Origin: Syntrophobacterales bacterium
GTDB taxonomy: Bacteria; Desulfobacterota; Syntrophobacteria; BM002
Assembly: GCA_050123975.1 (NCBI GenBank)
Contig: JASFGC010000003.1
Span: 1 to 35,826, forward strand
DNA: 35,826 bases
Reading direction: 5' to 3'
In this document: positions 33,314-35,826 of the stretch, in pieces
Position numbering within the stretch: position 1 is the first letter of the stretch
How the letters are laid out: the number at the start of each line of letters is the position of its first letter
Position numbers and translations under genes: made by a program
Notes under the pieces: generated by a model
What the model saw: only the letters and a program-made list of their open reading frames with translations
Databases searched by the model: none
Told to the model about the DNA's origin: nothing

Positions 33314-35197
33314 TCAACCTCCGATCTCTTGCATCTTGAGACGCAAATAACTCTCTTGAGCCTTGGGGTTTTCAGGATCCAGATCGAGAACTTTCTGATA
33401 CGTTTTGAGTGCCTTCTCTGTCTTGCCGATCTGTTCATAAAGCCCGGCGAGATGAACATGGTAGTCAATGTTTTTGGGCGCCACTTTCACCAGGGCCTCG
33501 AACTGGTGAATCGCCTCCACCAAAAGATTTCTTTTCTCGTAGGAAATGCCCAAAAAATATCTCAGTTCAGGCTGTTCAGGTGCTTTGCCCACGGCACGGG
33601 CAAACGTCTTGGTCATCTCCTCGTAAGCCTTTAGCTGGTCGTAGAACTCAACAGCCTGAGCGTAATAAGGCCAGTGTTCCGGCCGCAGTTTGATAAGTTC
33701 TTCGAGAACGGTGAGAGCCTTACGAGGTTTTTTCTGCTGGCGATACACCTCCACCAGATATTCCCTGGCATCAATATCCTTTTTGTCCAACTTCAATACC
33801 TGAGAAAAGGCTTTGGCAGCCCGGTCGTATTGTTTCATCTCATAGTAGAGCACTCCCTGGTTGTAATGCACTACCTTGTTATTAGGAGACAGTTTGGCGA
33901 TGGCTTCATAAACAGCCGCAGCCTCTTTGTCCCTGTTTAGGTTTTCGTAAAGATCCACTAGGGCCAGATGAGCTTTCAGTGATTTGGCATTGTCTTTGAT
34001 GAGCCCCTTGAGGGTTTTGATGGCACTCTCATTCTTTTTCCTTTTGCGGTATACTGCTGCCAGTCTGAGTCTGGCATCCACATCTTTGGGCTTACTTTTC
34101 AGGTAAATCAACAGGCTTTTCTCAGCCTGGCGATAATTGCCAATTCTGCTGTATGCCTCACCCAAATTGAGATGGATGAGCGGATTATTAACGCCACCGG
34201 CCAAAGCCCGCTTATAGGAATTAATGGCCTCCCGCCACTCCCCCTGTTGACCATATAATGTTCCCAGATACGTGTGGATCTCAGGTCGATAGGATTTCGG
34301 GAAAGAATTCAAATTGGTGGAAAGAAAAGAAGCGGCTTGCTTCGGGTTCTTTTTGGCATTGAGATATGAGATAAAACCGTAAAAAGGCTCTTTGTCTGTG
34401 CCGCTCTTTCGGATCAGCTTGATATATGCAGTCAGAGCCTTGTTGGTTTTTCCTGCCTTCTGGTAAGCCTCTACCAATTTCTGCAAGATGGGTATGGTAT
34501 CGCTGGTGGCTGCCACCTTCTCATAGGTAGCGGCAGCCTTAGCCCACTGGTCTTGCTCAGCATAGAGTTGAGCCAGGTTTGTCAGTATCAAGGCGTTGTG
34601 CGAAGCCAGACGCGCAGCACGCTCATAATAGCGCACTTTCTGTTCCGAACTTTCGGCCTCCTGTGCCTTCTTAATCCAGTCTCTTGCCCGCAGTCGCACC
34701 ACCATATTGAAGCGACCAATGGACTGAGAGCCGGCCATCACATCCACCACAACCTTCAAAGGGTTCTCACTTTCAAAATCCGGCCAGAACTCCTTTATAT
34801 CCCGACGCCCCTCCAGGAGATCGTTTGCTGAAAATTGCTCGGAAGTCAAGCGCAAGCCCCAGTTGAATTTGCCGTCGGTATGGATATCATCAACTGAGAC
34901 AACATCCTCCGGATGCACCACCAGAGTACCTTCTGCAGGCACTGTATGCGATACGTCATTTACAATAAAAACAACCGAAATCAACTTATTCGGCACGGGC
35001 AACATATTTCTGAGAGCAGTGTAGGGTGTAAAAAAAACACCGTATGTCACCCCAGCAATAACTGCCACAAGCAGCAAGAGCAGAACAGCCCATTTGAGCT
35101 TGCTTGACATTCTACGCCGCCGTTCTCGCGCCTGCAGAGCAGCAAGCCTTTCCTGTTCCAGTCGCCTTATGGGGATTTTCCGTCTCATTGTTTGCAT
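33314..35197 (-). CDS. Membrane-anchored tetratricopeptide repeat protein
   Basis: One N-terminal TM helix and many TPRs (HLNLGEAY, HYNQGVLYY..A...F..VL.LD, YFLG.SY, Y.KVL.LDPEN). Confidence 0.92.
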   Translation of the reverse strand: MQTMRRKIPIRRLEQERLAALQARERRRRMSSKLKWAVLLLLLVAVIAGVTYGVFFTPYTALRNMLPVPNKLISVVFIVNDVSHTVPAEGTLVVHPEDVVSVDDIHTDGKFNWGLRLTSEQFSANDLLEGRRDIKEFWPDFESENPLKVVVDVMAGSQSIGRFNMVVRLRARDWIKKAQEAESSEQKVRYYERAARLASHNALILTNLAQLYAEQDQWAKAAATYEKVAATSDTIPILQKLVEAYQKAGKTNKALTAYIKLIRKSGTDKEPFYGFISYLNAKKNPKQAASFLSTNLNSFPKSYRPEIHTYLGTLYGQQGEWREAINSYKRALAGGVNNPLIHLNLGEAYSRIGNYRQAEKSLLIYLKSKPKDVDARLRLAAVYRKRKKNESAIKTLKGLIKDNAKSLKAHLALVDLYENLNRDKEAAAVYEAIAKLSPNNKVVHYNQGVLYYEMKQYDRAAKAFSQVLKLDKKDIDAREYLVEVYRQQKKPRKALTVLEELIKLRPEHWPYYAQAVEFYDQLKAYEEMTKTFARAVGKAPEQPELRYFLGISYEKRNLLVEAIHQFEALVKVAPKNIDYHVHLAGLYEQIGKTEKALKTYQKVLDLDPENPKAQESYLRLKMQEIGG

Positions 35198-35205
35198 AAT
35201 GATGT

Positions 35206-35245
35206 AATTCAGGAATTTAGGAATTGAGGGATTCAGGAATTCTTG
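35206..35245 (+). repeat. Octamer array (RATTBAGG) downstream of the four-helix-bundle gene
   Basis: aattcagg aatttagg aattgagg gattcagg aattcttg. Confidence 0.85.
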
Positions 35246-35265
35246 GACTTAAAGCCTGTCATAGC

Positions 35266-35640
35266 CTAGTTGCTTGCGTCATAGTCCCGTAGATACTTTC
35301 TGAATCCTTTGACCTGTTTCCGACAATCGGAAGCTAACTCATACACCCAGCCGAACTCACTTTGTGTAACATATTTGCAGTCTAAAGCCCTATAAAACTG
35401 CGATTGCAGCTCACTGCATGATCTTTGCGAATATCCCAGGAACCTTATAAATTCTTTCGTTGATCCATCATCAAAACCCTCGGCGATGTTGTCCATGGTC
35501 GAACCAGCCGACTTCCATACCTGATTTCTAAAAGCGAAATCGTCCTTAAACCTCCCTTTGTTGATTAACTCAAAAACAGCCTGGCATAGCTCTCTTGCCT
35601 TCGACCAACATGGTAACTCTTCGAACCTTTTGTAATTCAT
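35266..35640 (-). CDS. Four helix bundle protein (23S rRNA intervening-sequence protein family)
   Basis: FEEL..W..AREL, DF.F..Q...SA.S.M.NIAEGF......EF.RFL....S..EL.SQ...A.D..Y; the start may be 35640, 35661 or 35673. Confidence 0.93.
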   Translation of the reverse strand: MNYKRFEELPCWSKARELCQAVFELINKGRFKDDFAFRNQVWKSAGSTMDNIAEGFDDGSTKEFIRFLGYSQRSCSELQSQFYRALDCKYVTQSEFGWVYELASDCRKQVKGFRKYLRDYDASN

Positions 35641-35670
35641 CTTTTTCGATGCCCCCATTTTCTGCTTTAT

Positions 35671-35715
35671 CAATCCCTAAATCCCTCAATTCCTCAATCC
35701 CTGAATTCCTCAATC
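35671..35715 (-). repeat. Octamer array upstream of the four-helix-bundle gene, inverted relative to 35206-35245
   Basis: cctaaatc cctcaatt cctcaatc cctgaatt cctcaatc. Confidence 0.85.
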
Positions 35716-35719
35716 TCCT

Positions 35720-35826
35720 TTACAGTCCTACCTTTGCTCTCAAGTTTCGCACTTCACGTGACTTGAGTTGCCGAGTCTCACCTGGCCGCAAATTATCTAG
35801 CTCTATGGGCCCCACCTTAATTCTCT
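35720..35826 (-). CDS. 3' end of an rRNA pseudouridine synthase (RsuA/RluB family), truncated by the window edge
   Basis: Hand translation RIKVGPIELDNLRPGETRQLKSREVRNLRAKVGL* matches the family C-terminal R..IGP..L..L..GE.R.L...EV..L; not in the ORF track. Confidence 0.75.
   Translation of the reverse strand, partial: RIKVGPIELDNLRPGETRQLKSREVRNLRAKVGL

Noticed and set aside
35266-35640. DGR or 23S rRNA intervening sequence
   Set aside because: No reverse transcriptase, TR/VR pair or rRNA sequence in the window; both neighbours are protein-coding genes.
1409-35715. Repeat arrays as a CRISPR array
   Set aside because: No constant 23-47 bp repeat with unique regular spacers, and no cas genes.

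Overview
Bacterial chromosomal window, probably from a deltaproteobacterial (Desulfobacterota-like) genome; this is inferred from gene content and abundant sigma54 promoters, not proven. It holds about 34 CDS: tandem Hsp20 plus LMW phosphatase, thioesterase, flavoproteins, MscS, an SPFH/zinc-ribbon operon, a polar amino-acid ABC transporter, a HEAT lipoprotein, a TIR-wHTH protein, YihY, a SPOR/beta-barrel protein, DUF4382, MlaC, FHA-cNMP, YheT, DMT, PiT/DUF47, TPR, a four-helix-bundle protein and the 3' end of an rRNA pseudouridine synthase. It also holds tRNA-Val(CAC). No integrase, transposase or CRISPR array is visible. The most striking signal is non-coding. Nearly every intergenic space carries repeats: inverted pairs of 7/8/9-mer arrays (one pair encloses the four-helix-bundle gene), four copies of an ordered heptamer composite, 180-280 bp TIR elements that share a GAGGCGTAC-N6-7-GTACG core and often end on stop codons, and 27-45 bp hairpins nested inside one another at AG^CT. 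Several sigma54 -24/-12 boxes drive poorly characterised genes (a PspA-less SPFH operon, TIR-wHTH, SPOR-barrel) and one candidate ~90-nt sRNA. All calls were made by eye; no searches were run.
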